From Tubiluchus corallicola (lineage: Eukaryota > Animalia > Priapulida), in the NCBI GenBank assembly GCA_030141605.1, contig JAQGDQ010000219.1:306331-370330 (forward strand): a stretch of 64,000 nt of DNA. Direction: 5' to 3'. Each line of letters opens with the position of its first letter. The stretch's first letter is position 1. Both the position numbers and the translations under genes were made by a program. The notes under the pieces are model-generated. The model made no database searches, was not told where the DNA came from, and saw only the letters and a program-made list of their open reading frames with translations. Of the stretch, positions 46,501 to 60,076 are shown in pieces.

Positions 46501-48625
46501 TTGCAAGAAACTTGGAGTTATTGGGATTAGCACTGACTCTTTGACAATGAGACACTGGCAACGATTGTATTAATTATGTTCTGCCAGATTTTTGCATTTG
46601 AATATGTGTATTATGTATTGTCTATTAATCTCCACTGCATAGGCAAAGGATTAATTTGTGCTTTGAATGAATAATAATGGAATAAAAGAAATAAATAATT
46701 AGGCGAAAATTCTTTACTCACACTGATTTTCTGTATTTCTATATTATCTATGTTACAGGTGTAAATCGTTTTACAGGAGACATAGCAATGATGATTGGAT
46801 GCGGAAAATTCCAACGTGTAGGCAACTACTTCTGGTACCTTACCCTGTTATTTACGACGCCACTACTAATACTGGTTAAGTATTTATTAATTCAATGACG
46901 TTTCATAATTTAGAACTTGCACTTACTGACAATATCGCCGCTAAGATGATTTATTTTTTTATTTTTAGTTGTTTCAAATCAATAATCTTTTCTTTTTTGC
47001 GTTTCAATTTTATAAAGGTCACTTGGTAAAATCAAAGAAGCTTTTAAGGAAGTGAAAGCATAGAGTTATAAAAACTTTGTACAAGTTTTTTTTTAAATAC
47101 GCAAATATTCGCAAGGCTAAACTGTCACGACCCATGTAGTTAGCTGGAACACAGGCTAGCTTCATCTGCTCACATAAATAATTGGTACATAAAATTGTTC
47201 TTTTAGGGTATTCTCATATTTAATTTCGTGTATTACGAAACGCCGAAGTCCGAAGGCATACCCTTTCCAGTCTGGGCAATCGCACTTGGTTGGATTATTA
47301 CTGCAGCTTCTGTCATTTTGATTCCAGCCGCAGCCATTGTCAATACAATACGATATGTCAATAAAGTAAACCATTTTTCTTATTATACACAATTTTTTAG
47401 AAGGTAGTACTGTCTTTTGCAATGTCATTTAGCAGCAAAGTGCAATAAAACGTTTTTTTTCCTAAAGTGGCTTTGACCAAAAATCGCAACCTAATAAATA
47501 TAGCATGTCGCGATCAGGGTTGGTAATCACTGAGTTTTCGAAGCTTGTTGGTTGATTAGTGTATTTACTATCAGTGGCTCCTTCAATGCAACTAAACAAG
47601 AACTCCATAGTAAAGTCATTTAAACTTTTTTCAAACTTATACGACAATTATGGGGTACAAACGAAAATATTCGACACCCTGGCCAAACTGTGAGGTATAC
47701 TCGTGTGGGCACCCTTTTCTTTTTACAATAAAAATATACTATAAAATGATGTAACATGTATCGAAAGTATGTATGATTCACTGCCAGCAGAACTTCTGAA
47801 CATAAAATTATGCAAATTTATTCTACACGTCGGGAAACTTTCTGTTAGTAACATGGTACGCAGGCGAACTTGTCATATACCCACTATACTTGATGATTAA
47901 TATTATGTATAAAATATAGGATTAAACTATGGCCAAAAATTCTTTAATTACTCACCACTATAATGAAAATGTGACAATTGTGAACAACAATGTGAAGTGA
48001 TGGTCATGCTTCTTACAAATATGCTAACTTATACAAGCTTTATATGCATTATGGAATCTCAAAACACAAAGGGCGCACCAACGTCCGAAAATTCTAGTTG
48101 AGCAACGAATGTGCCAGGATTGTAACAACAAAGAAAACTAAAATGAAGAACATAGAATACCACGTTGTGAAAAGTATAATTATATCTTTGTTTAACGAAA
48201 TCACGTACTTTTCCATCACGTACTGATGACGATAAATTCAAACTCTGGCTCAGCAGTGATGATTGCGGGATTACGATGTTATCAGCAAAATTTATAACGA
48301 AATGTTTTAATAAAAGAAACTTGTAAAACAAGAATAAAGTGGTATAACTGAACATATGCTTAATAGTCCTCTGGTGACATTATATTATTCAATACAGTCA
48401 GGCTTCACATATGTGTAGTTAATACCTATTAAATTTTAATGCATGCAATTAACTTAAAAATTTATGTATTAATTCATTATTTATTGGGTTCTACTAATCG
48501 GTTTATTGATTTATTCAAAGGTATTGTTCTTAATGTTATTGTAGTTCATGTCATTTAGGTTTATTGCCTTTTTGTATTACATGTATCGTATTGTACTATA
48601 TGCTCTAAATAGTGTATATATATAT

Positions 48626-48906
48626 TTTCTTTAGAAATACAACGCAATATGTATTGTATTGTATTGTATTGTATTGCATTGTATTGTATTGCATTGCATT
48701 GCATTGTATTGGACTGCACTGCACTGTATTGTATAGTATTATATATACACTGTATTGTATAGTATTATATATATATATATATATATAATACTATACAATA
48801 CAGTGCAGTGCAGTCCAATACAATGCAATGCAATGCAATACAATACAACGCAATACAATACAATACAATACAATACAATACATATTGCGTTGTATTTCTA
48901 AAGAAA
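48626..48906. repeat. ~280-bp near-perfect palindrome of unique sequence plus (GTATT/GCATT)n centred on (TA)n
   Basis: The left arm TTTCTTTAGAAATACAACGCAATAT(GTATT)n..GGACTGCACTGCACTGTATTGTATAGTAT is mirrored by ATACTATACAATACAGTGCAGTGCAGTCC..(AATAC)nATATTGCGTTGTATTTCTAAAGAAA. Confidence 0.95.
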
Positions 48907-49567
48907 TATTTTAGCAAAGGTTATTGGTTTTATTTCAGAGAATTCCTAGTCTGATACGGCCTCATCCAAACTGGGGACCAGCGCTGGACAAGTACAGAAC
49001 TGGCGACTACAAGCCACTTATTGCTGAAAGAGAACTTCATGAGATGCAAGACAAGCCTCCTCCCTACAACTCAGTCTTTTCTGGGGATACTGTTTCTTAC
49101 ACCCATTCCTCGGGTTATGGACCTTGCAGAGAAGGCTGTTACAACCGGGGTTTCGAACCGATGACCACAGAATTTTAAATTTTCATAGATCTGTAAAACA
49201 ATATTATAAGATTTCTGTCACTTAATTTTTTAATGTGAAGATCGTTCATCCTTACTTTCGTTTATGCATCGGTAAAATAAAAATAAAAAAAGTGGGAATA
49301 TTTTTTAAATGAACATCAGCGATGTTTGTTTATTTGTTCATCGGCAAGTTCAGTGACGTCATCGCCTTTGGTCATGTATTGCTAATTAGTGGATTGGATT
49401 TAACATTCTATTACTATTTACAGTCTATACGCATGCCCCAAGCAAAAATGGGTGAGAAGAACATAGTGTTGCTATAGTAAATGATGGTTTTATTTCTGAA
49501 CTCAGTTCCATGGGCGGGTCTGTTCTGAGAAATAGTTAGGTTTCTAACGCGGCACATATATAATATG

Positions 49568-49672
49568 AATATATATATATGTGTGTGGGTGTGTGCGCGC
49601 GTGTGTGTGTGTGTGTGGGTTGGTTGGTTGTTTGGGTGTGGGTGGGTGTTGCGTGCGTGCGTGCGTGCGTGT
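49568..49672. repeat. Compound (TA)(GT)(GGTT)(GCGT) microsatellite
   Basis: Directly visible. A downstream TTGAAAACTTGGCATG motif (about 49865) suggests a Helentron-associated element. Confidence 0.8.
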
Positions 49673-52600
49673 AAATAAATATCACAAATTCTTTGTGTAA
49701 CAGTATCATACAGTACAAAACATTTGAAAGTGTGCTATACATAACATAGGCTAAACTACAGTTTTACAACAAAATACCGACCGCTCGATGTTATTTTTTT
49801 AAGCCAAAGAACAGGCACGTGAAACAAGTTAGCCAAAATATATTTTCGCTTTGAAGGTCCAGTTTTGAAAACTTGGCATGATTGCATTTACGTGGGTGGT
49901 ATAACCATGTTTCGTTTAGCGAAGTGATTGGAAGCTTAATCCCAAACATATCTCACTATGCCATTCTTACAGCTGTCTTTTATTCCGCGGGTAAATTACA
50001 GCTGCCTGCACTGAACTCGAGCTGACAAACACCGGACACAACACTGCATTTCTTGGTTGCTGTCGGTCAGTTGCTTGTTTCTGTATGATATTCGATGTGC
50101 ACTCTTGACCAAGGATGTACGTGTGACCTCGATCTAAACTTAACGGGTAAAGGTTGTTGCACGAGCTGTTTATGTGTAGGAGATACTCTGTTACTGAATA
50201 CAGAGTTAAAAACCATATTTTCGTACTCGGGAACTAAGCTTTCGCCGTTTTGTGTGTTCCTTTTAAAATGAAGTTGTGTAAACCTATTCGTGTGCCATTA
50301 ACGAAAGCGAATTATAGCAGTCTATTAATTAATTCTGCTAAAGTTGAAATATTTAATTGTTTTGTTTGTTAAAATTATTTACGTGTATTTTCAAAGTATG
50401 TCGGTATTAAAAAATGTGCAGACGCGTATGGGATAAAAGATTTTACAAAAACGCGTTGCTGTGGGGCGATAAGCGCTACTCTCCTAAGTAGGTCAAAGCG
50501 TGATATTCACCCACTGGGCATGTGCATGCAGCAATAATGGCCGGCAGTTTCAACCATATTCGGGTAAAATTAGCCTTCATATTATTTGAAATTTAATGGA
50601 TCCGCTGACGGCTGTGACAACGCTGACACGCTGGAGGCACATGGTGTTTTCGAAAAAGACCACGTTCAAACTGGATTTTAATGTTAAACCAGTTTAAGGG
50701 ACGATGTACCAAATTCCATGTCGTATGCACACGTAGTTTTTATTCGAAACAGTCTTGTGGAAAAGTGACAGAACGCGTCAACTAAGGGGAAGACAAAAAT
50801 TCAAGTCGCTTGATGTTAATCCATCATCATTGTAAGAAGAGAAATAGAGCACTCAATGGTTGATTATTCCCCAGGTATGTATAATCATAGCATATCATAT
50901 CTAACATACACATGCGAGTTGTTCACTCGTTTTTGTTATCATTTTCAACTCGTAAGTACAACATGTAATTTATATACGACTTTCACTTTCCAAATTACCA
51001 TGTAATTTACTGTAATTTTGTTACCAAGAACGCGTTTCTATCAGGCGCACTTATTGCTTTCGATTCGTCTAATATTGCAGACAATTATACTTTTCAATTT
51101 GTGTAAATGACATTTTACGTAGTGTGCGTGCCGCTAGAACAAGAATAGTGTTTAATACTTATTTGTAGATAATACCCTATTAGTTTGTTAAATTCTGTGT
51201 GTAAAATAGCGCTATTGGTATGATAAATATATTAAATGATCTGCTGTTGGGACACCAACCATTACATTATTATTAACCACAAGGACAGGTGCTGACTTAT
51301 ATCAATTTCGTCCAAAAATATCTTATCAACATACAGTAAGATATAAAAAATATAGAGACATGGGAAGTTGCGAGTGCATGGCAGGTCTGCGTGGTCTAAA
51401 ATGATTGCAAAGGTCATGTGAATGGACGTTTGTTTCCAGAAATGATGAGATTAATATTGTGGAAGTTTTAATCTACTGCCGACAGATGGCAGTAAAAGCG
51501 TTTTTAAAGTAATCTATATTGTTCGGAGACGGAAGACGATAGTGAAAGACTGGAGTACCTGACTTCCTTAGCTCTAGCTCAAAAGAAGGGCACATTCTCT
51601 ATTTGACAATTAATCACATCTTACAAGCTGAGCTCTATCCTTCTTGAAATCTAGTACTTAAGTACATGTATTACAATGCTAATAAATAAAATGCCTAAAT
51701 TAACCGATGAAATGAAGTATGTAGGCCCACACTTCGAAAACGCCAAACTGTAGGTATAAAAATAATTATTCTACATAACATTATTGAGTAAGTATATAAT
51801 AACCTTCCCCCAGATAAAGAATGAGCAATAAGATAATGTAGCAGGTAACTAAACTAACCGGCTATTAATATTGCTATTTTCGTAAACATGTGCGTTGCGT
51901 TGATTGTGACCATAAATCTTAAAAATTTTGAAGCTTGAGGCTATGGAGGCTTGTAAAATTGCTGTAATTGGTTAGTGGCCTGGAGCAATGCTCACTGGAT
52001 AGCTATTACTGTATCACGTACCTGGTAGGCGCAGTATTTGCTAGAATAATTAGAATAACTAAATAAACCCAGAATAATTATTTAGTACTAAAGCAGACAA
52101 ACACATAAACCGTGTAAACGTCAAAAAATTACAAAACCAAATGATGTCATTAATAGAATGCACTTACTTATTTTTGAAGACTATTTTTGCTTCTATTGCT
52201 TCCAAATGACTTTTGTGAACATTGACATCATTGACATCATTTTTCGCTAAGGTACATGTTTTTCGTTCTTCAAGCCAATTTTCACTCGACTTAATTGACA
52301 TAGGTAACAAACACTGCTTGAGCTGCACTGCTTAAATGAAAAGGTGAAACAAAAAGCAAAAATGTATGTGGGAACCTTCAAGCAGGTGCCTTTATTGGTA
52401 ACTGAATTCATGAGATCCAAACATGTTTAAGGGCCACCTGAGCACTCGGCTTACAGGATGATATACATTATTCAGAAAAAAATGTGTATGAACGATTGAT
52501 AGTTCTCAGCAAACTAGCTTCAACAAATTAATCGGTTATCGGAAAAAGATACAGTCCTGAGGGATGGTTAGCATGCTGAGAGAACGGATATGTATGTGTC

Positions 52601-54479
52601 CAAGCGTTTGTTTTAGCCAAGTTTTCTCAGAGATATCTTTCAGAGTTATCTGTATAATATTTCAGAGAAAACTAACTACCTACGAGGACCGCCTTCTGCC
52701 CTTTTGCATTGATTTCAATGGTGTATTTATGTAAGAATCTGTAATTGCACCTAGCTGGGCTTCTATTCTTTGCAAATCCTATGTAATCAACGCTTGCCTC
52801 ACGAATGTCATTTGCAGCTGATTCTCGACGTTAATGAACAGCAAAAGCGAAGCTTGAGACTTGTAGATTTAGTTGTCGGCGTTTTCCTGGAGGCTTTTTA
52901 TATCAATAATGCGTAAAAAGTTGAGCATTACTCTCGTGAATTAGATTAATTCAGTACAGTGAGCTAGTGTACAATCAATCTACATATTAAAAATGTTATA
53001 GCTGTAGGGCACATTTAGCAGCGAATGTAGCCGAACTAGCTTACTTATGAGAAGCAATTGATTACCAAAATTGGATAATGAGTGCACTCCAAATGATATC
53101 CGTGGCGATGACGGTAATGATATAATGGTGTCGGAAAGTCAAAACAGCGACAAGGCCAAGATACCACTACAGAAAAGTAGGGTTAAGGACCTTGCTGAGA
53201 AAATCTTAAAAACTCAGCCGTGTTCATAATTTCTATCAATTTGGCACAACAGAATTTGGAAAATTTTAGTGCCACGTTACGGCTGTTAATCAGGGCTTCG
53301 AGATAAATTTCGCAGTTTCTCTACAAATTGGTATTACTACTACTTTCTTTACAGATTCTAGTTAAAATCTATTGGTAACATATAGGCTTATTGTCTATAC
53401 CATGCGATATAGTGACGTGGAAGCCAGCTGGCTATTTCCCCAGTGCCATGACAAGCAAGAAATCATGGTACAAAGTCAAAATGTAACGATGTCATATATT
53501 TTCGTCTAAGCAACAAATTTTATTTCAAAATGAACAGAAGGGCTCCAATGACAAGCCCCATCAATCACAAATTGAGCGCGAAATGTTGCAGAAGCGATCG
53601 ATGATTCTTCAGATAATAATTGTAAGATGGATGCAGGAGATAACTAACAAAAATGGATTCGCAAATTCGTACAAATAATCCACAAAACTGCAGAAAAGGC
53701 AGCTGTTTTCAGGGGGTTCGCTTCTTCTGTAGATGAAAACTACTATAATGGAAAAAAAGATACGTGAAAAAGTCACAGCAAGAAATGAATAATTATTAAT
53801 GTTTGTTTTTCTATTAAGATTCAAATATACATACATGTAACTGTTTATTTAAAAACTCGATAATATTGTAATACTGACGACAGAGAATTTTAGTCTATGC
53901 CAGTCTGAGCATTTTTACTCGAATAAAAACTGTGAGACAAAGATGAAAATTTTTTGTATAGACTACAGTGAGCAATATTTACTGGATTTAATTCGGAGAC
54001 AATGTTATAGATTTGTGCGTGAATGCAACGACAGTACTAATCGCGTATATTACCGATGTTTTACTATATTGTACTAAATTTGTCCACACAGCAAGCAAAT
54101 TACGATGTCTGTATAACGGCTCCATTTTAATTGTTTTTCTGTCGGTGTTCGCTTTTATAGTCTAATGCCTATAGACCATAACTGTGAGTTAAGAGAAAAT
54201 ATAAGTCTGGATTAGCTTGAATAATCTGATGCAATACCACGTTCTAAATAATTTTTCTGTAATATAATATCGTTTGCGCTAAACGCGAATGTTGATGGCA
54301 TGAAAAATTTATCAGCGGCATGAAACTACAGTGTAACATTCATTTGTGAAAGTGGCTTCCTGTAAGGAATTATCTTTGTAATTAATGTTAAAATGACACG
54401 TTACTCATTAAAGTTTCATGCACACGCAAAGAGCAAATTATATAAGTGTTAAGGCTAGTAGCAGATAGCAGAAAAATTA

Positions 54480-54680
54480 TTAAAGAATGCAAAGGTAAAG
54501 ATGAAGTTAAAGGAAAACAAAAATAATAGTGAAAGTAAGATAAAGGTAGAAATAAGGGCGTGGTTAAAGGTGAGGATAAGGTTAAGGATGAGGATAGGGA
54601 TATAGGGAAAGGGATAGGAATAGGGATAGGAATTGGAATAGGCAGAGGCATAAATATTAACGTAAAGGTAAATATAATAA
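54480..54680. repeat. Cryptic purine-rich hexamer repeat (GGTAAA/GATAAG/GGAATA)
   Basis: 6-bp periodicity, which explains the low-complexity ORFs (IPIPIP, GIGIGI) in the track. Confidence 0.7.
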
Positions 54681-55937
54681 AACTGAAGATTAGACAAGTA
54701 TTGCAAAGATATGTTGTCATTAATATACATGTAACAGACATGTTCAGTATTACAATTATTACAGTCTTTTTTCCGTATTCCAGCAATACTGAAGCATCTG
54801 ATATTACGTTCATGAAATAACATATTCAGGCCTGGTTGTGTGCATTTCATTTCCACATTCTCTCAGCCTAGGCTATTCTTAATAAGCTTATGTTGTATTT
54901 TCTCGAAAACAATGTTAACCAGGCTGGCAATGTGCGGTTTTAAAGAGTGACTCTGGGTAAGTAGCTTACCGCTTGTTTGTGTTTTTCTCCCTTTAGGTAA
55001 AATGGCTGTAAGCTAAATTAAATTTTCCGTTACTAGGGTATAACTAGCGTAGATAACTTCATGTTATTAGAAATCTTGTCTACCAGTTTTACATGAAAGT
55101 ATCTCGGTTTAATGTAAGCCGTTTCTTTTCTCTCTGACAGCTTACTCGCAAGTGTGAACTGTATACAAGTTACTGCAAACGCTCCGACAGTTGCTGCGAG
55201 TTGATTTAACGCTAACCATTGTCTAATCTGAACAGGCTTGAGAGTTACTTGGCGAGCTTACTTCGTTCGCTAGTCTACACGCACCGTCCGATAGACTTAG
55301 CCTGTTTGGAACGTTAATTTGTTTGCCTAGCAGCTTTGTTCTTACAATTATGCTTACTAGTTTTCGTTCTGTAGTTCTATTTTTTCATTTATAAATGTTT
55401 ATTACCACTGTGAATGACAAGTTTTATTGATATTATGTAGGGCCGGGCACTGAGCTGGCAGAGGTATCGTAGCCAATCGTTTATAGGTAGACAACCTCTC
55501 TAAGTGAGAGGAACTGAAGATACAAATGTCAAAGAAAGCCACAAAGAAGCAGTTTCCCGTTCATAAGCCAACATTGCGCAGCTTGGCTTTCGTAGCAAAG
55601 TGAACACACACGATGACTACACAGCTATTCTCTCGCTCTTTTAGAACAATCTTAGGCCCACATGTTATCTTCATTTATTCAGATCAAACTTAAAAAGTTA
55701 AAAAATCAGAAGACAGTTTGATCCCTCTATGTCATCTGCGTTGGCGATTTTGATGCGACGACATCAGGGAAGCTATGGTATACCACCAAAATTGTCCCAA
55801 ACATTAATCAATAATACGCAGTCATTTCACTTGGACTGATAACCTCAGCATGTTCATTTACAACAAAAATAGGTCTTGAAGCCTTGTAAGTACAACAAAC
55901 TGAGATATGTGACCTTCTTTCATGTTAATAAGAGGTG

Positions 55938-56770
55938 CGCGATAAAAATGGTACAGGTACAAATGATACAAGAAAAATAGCACTGTAAAACGGCACAGGA
56001 AAAAAGTACACAAATGGAAAATAAGAAAAAGCAGCACACCTACATAATGTGGGTTTAAAATGAGGGTTACTGAGGGTTATTTTTACTTCTGCCAAGGAAA
56101 TTATACTCCAACACTGTTTGTTTGTTTCTTTGCTTGTAAGCAGATTTCTGGACGGGGGAGAGGGTGAAAACTGCCGAAATTGGCTTTTTTCGCCCCGTAC
56201 TTTTTCACCAAACTTGACCAAACTACATGTACAAAAAACATGGGTGAAACACTGCGTGGATGTCTCAGAGGGACTATTATAGCTCATTGGAAAAAGGAGC
56301 ACTTCACTGCAAGATAGAGTAATTAATTATCTCAACAGGTTTCATTTCGGGAAATTCTCGCTTGGAAATCTGTGTAACGCTGTCTGTAACCTTCGATTAT
56401 ACATGTATATAGCCTTATAATCTGACTTCAAATGTAAATACGCATACTTATCGGTTTATTAGATCATCGTCAAACGGTTAAAGAATGTGGAATGTTCGTG
56501 CATTGTTGATTATAATTCTGGATAATGAACAAAATATTTTGTGAGTCTTTTGTTAGTTTATATAACACTTATACAGGTATATTTTTGTTTGTTCTCGTGT
56601 TTATCTTTGTTTTGTTTTTTCTACCAAAACGATCAGACGATCGTGTTTAGGCCTTTCGACCTTAGCTGAGTTCTGCCTCAAACTGAGCGCATTCTATTTT
56701 TACTATAGAAATTATTTGCATCACCATAACATGTGTGCCATTTTTTCCTACTTCCCATTTTTCCTACTTT
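55938..56770 (+). mobile_element. MITE-like dispersed repeat, copy 2, with inverted terminal subrepeats
   Basis: The left end has AAAAATGGTAC/AAAACGGCAC units, colinear with 37220-37770. The right end GTGCCATTTTTTCCTACTTCCCATTTTTCCTAC (about 56735-56770) is the reverse complement of the same motif family. Confidence 0.65.
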
Positions 56771-58971
56771 TACATTAATCAGATCAACAGTCGCTTCGGA
56801 TTTTCGAAAAATTTGCCTTTTATAATCTGAACCATACCATGCTTGAATTTTCAGAGAGTGAAAGTAATTTACTATTTTCTTCTCGAACGTGAATTCTGGT
56901 GCTTGCATTGATTGTTTCATAGTGTTTTCATGGGCTTCTATGAATCCATGACTACAATATGATCAAATTTTCTATTAAAGAAACATCCAGCTAGTTCAGT
57001 AATTTATTGTAGTAGAAGTGTAAATACATAAGGAGGATGCTAAAGCTGCATTGATTTCTTGACTGACTGACACTCACTAAGTGACTGGCTGACCGACAAA
57101 CCAGACTACTGATTAATTGACTGTCCAAATGAGCAAACGAATTCTAAATGACTGGCCAGTGGACTGAATTGTAAGAGGAATAATTGACTATCGAGTGAAT
57201 GAATAACTGACCATTCAGCTAAGTGGCTTGCTGCTTCTGTTGCTGTTGCTGCTGCCGCAGATGAAAATGATGATGACGGTGGTGGTGGTTCTCAACAATT
57301 CTCAGTTATTATTCAAGCTCCGAAATGAGTCAAAAACTCGAAAATCTGCCAAAACGATAAAGACTGAAAGCGTTATAGAAATGGTAAAAAAGGGCATTCT
57401 CCCCCAGTGATATGTTTTACCTATTCTTTCAGCGTCTCAAATTTAATATATTTTTTCCAGATTCTGTCGCCGCAATAATCCCAGCAATGAGACTGATTAA
57501 TGCGCAGTTTTTTACTTTTACGGCCGTTTCTGTATAGCCTTGGCCTTCGCAACTTCTGTGATTGTTGGGTTTCCAACGAAAGATTAACGTTTTTATCTAT
57601 TCAAGCAGCTGCTTTTGATCGGGGGATTATCCAGTCTGATTGCAGCTACCATCGCAATACCAAGCTCTCTTTTCACGCGGCTCTATAAATTTTGCTATGG
57701 CTGTTGTTTCTGAGACAGAGCAAAATACCCCCTCTAAGTCAGGGAGATGATTAGGTCGATATAGCTGCCGCCGATTATACGCTTCTTTTGGAAAAACGCA
57801 TTGTGGGGATTACTAGGTTGTGTTTGTTAAGCGTTAGGATGAAGACCAGTCAATCGGGTCTGAATTGCAGCGTGTACGATGTGATAGATACGTTTAAAAA
57901 GTCTAGAACCGCGTGTACATCGGTTACAGCTTTCTAGGGAAAATTCTCCGTAATGCACTTCCAATGTCATATGCCTTTAGTGTGCCAAGTGTAGCACGTA
58001 CAGTTATTTTGTCAACTTCTTCTTAAGTAGGCCTCTGGTGGGTTCTTTCGCCACACATGGCCGTTTGCCTCGTAAATAATGGTGTGTATCTAAGACACCT
58101 ATATCGGTTCAAAAGCTCATCTCAGAAAGGTTATCATAGCTTCGTTCATGGCGTTGAATAGGCCTCATCGTTGACTGCTGGATTCCGGTTTGCAGTGTGA
58201 AGTGTGTAAGAATCTCATATAATATGAATTTAAACTTGTGTTATAGGTATGAAGAAAGAAAATTCACCAGATTTCTTACTTTTCTGCACCCATTTAAAAT
58301 GACTATATAATTTCTTGGGCAACAGACTTCAACGTTTTAGAGAGACTCTAGTGCTTGATAATGGAGTTAAAATGCGGAATTTGTATTTATATTTAAAATA
58401 TAGGCTCATAACATATATACATATTATAATGAAATAAGTAGGCACTGGCCTGCAGCTTTATTATTATCACTTCGGGCAAGAATTTCACAGCTGTCTTTCC
58501 CTCTCCCTCCTGCTTCAGCTATTCATTCCTTTCGCTGCAGGCTGTGAATATGCAATCACTCAGAAACATTGCAATAGGCGTTTTATTGCAGTATGCTAAA
58601 GTAATGAGGTACAGACGTATAGGCCGTTAAATTCAAATCACTACACGTTACTATCATTAAAGTATTTTCCAGATTTTTTGCTGAATTTAACAGAGCAGTA
58701 AAACGTAAGTGTTCTTCAAAAAACCGCATTAGACTCGGCAATATGAGCTTGATTCATTTATGAATTTAAATGAAATTTTTTGGCTGAAGGTGTTTGCTAG
58801 GATAGCTGAAACGTCCCAAACACATTGCACTAGTTATTAAATTTCTTCCAGCTAATAAGAGTAGGATAAGCTTGCATATAGTTACAATGACTACAGGTCT
58901 GGGCGTGTATGTATGTGTAGTGTAGCTATAAGTATATAGACAACGTATATACAGATAAACAATCAAATATG

Positions 58972-59219
58972 CAAACAAACAAACAAACAAACGTACGTAC
59001 GTACGTACGTACATACGTACGTACATACATACATACATACATACATACATACATACATACATACATACATACATACATACATACATACATACATACATAC
59101 ATACATACATACATACATACATACATACATACATACATACATACATACATACATACATACATACATACACACGTACACACATACTCACATACACACAAAC
59201 ATACAAACAAACAAACAAA
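58972..59219. repeat. Compound microsatellite (AAAC)n(GTAC)n(ATAC)n(AAAC)n
   Basis: Long perfect (TACA)n array, the source of the MYVC/YIHT ORFs. Confidence 0.97.
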
Positions 59220-60011
59220 TGGTCACTGCCCATGTAATTCCCTATATATAGATAACTAAAACTATCAATTGCAGTAAGGTACCTAGGGGCACCAATATGT
59301 ATTGAAGAATATTTTCATTTCCTTTGCATGTGTGCGACAACCCGTCTTTGTGTGTCTATGTCAATGTGGTAAATTACAGAGCTTGCATCCTAAAAGGACC
59401 TCGTATTAATCATTATGTGATCTGCTGACCAGTGTTTGTCGTTTTCTGGATGAAATACTCCCTCTGGTATTCTGATGTTGCGGCTGTACTGTACAATGCG
59501 GTTGTAAACTTATAATAACAGCCTTCCAATACGCAAGAGGAAACCTACATTCCGCCCTGCAATATTGTTTGCATAAACTTTCGGAGTGTAATAGCCTATA
59601 ATTAAGCTTATGTATTAGATCTCATTTGCAGTGGAATCTCTCGTTTATGAGAGTTGAGTACCTCTTGAAGCATTCGAAAATTTATGCAGTTATTTTACGA
59701 ACTGCGAACACCTAAATTTATTGAGACTAAAATAATAGTTTGCATTATCGATCTCGCGGTGTAATTAAACATTTCGTCAGCAGACCATAAAATAACACCG
59801 AGCACCTAATTAACGGCAAATCACAGTGTAGAGTTATGTCGTCTATCTTGGCAAGATAATAACGCTGTCATTTTGGGTGAAACTGAAGCCAGACTGTTCA
59901 GATTGAGATTTATGCTCAGTTGTTTGCCTTTATTCGGTTTCTGTTATACTTATGGTTGTCTTAGTAAAATTAATAAAGGGTTAGCTGATGCCCTTGTCTT
60001 TATATAATTCG

Positions 60012-60076
60012 GCACGCACACGCACCCACTCACCCACGCACGCACACACACACGTGCGCGCGCGCGCACACACGCA
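60012..60076. repeat. (CA)/(CG) compound microsatellite
   Basis: gcacgcacacgcacccactcacccacgcacgcacacacacacgtgcgcgcgcgcgcacacacgc. Confidence 0.8.

Larger units (their letters stand above)
31885..49178 (+). pseudogene. SLC6 (NSS) Na+/Cl--dependent amino-acid transporter, GlyT/PROT-like, with multiple disabling lesions
   Basis: Exons 32035-32194, 32865-32999, 33953-34096 (GC donor), 34487-34649, 35383-~35500, 38142-38276, 38584-38688, 42665-42789, 43581-43693, 44125-44253, 46103-46202, 46759-46874, 47207-~47365 and 48939-49178. The start is unresolved (candidate ATG|gtaaca at 31885). Motifs include [82 protein letters not shown] and WGPA. Lesions are listed in findings. The SLC6 identity is near certain; pseudogene status is likely. 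Confidence 0.8.

Noticed and set aside
54388-54856. Three overlapping ORFs of 86-141 aa
   Set aside because: Products of a cryptic hexamer repeat, with no domain or splice support.
58766-59259. ORFs of 71-155 aa (MYVC/YIHT repeats)
   Set aside because: Translations of a (TACA)n microsatellite.
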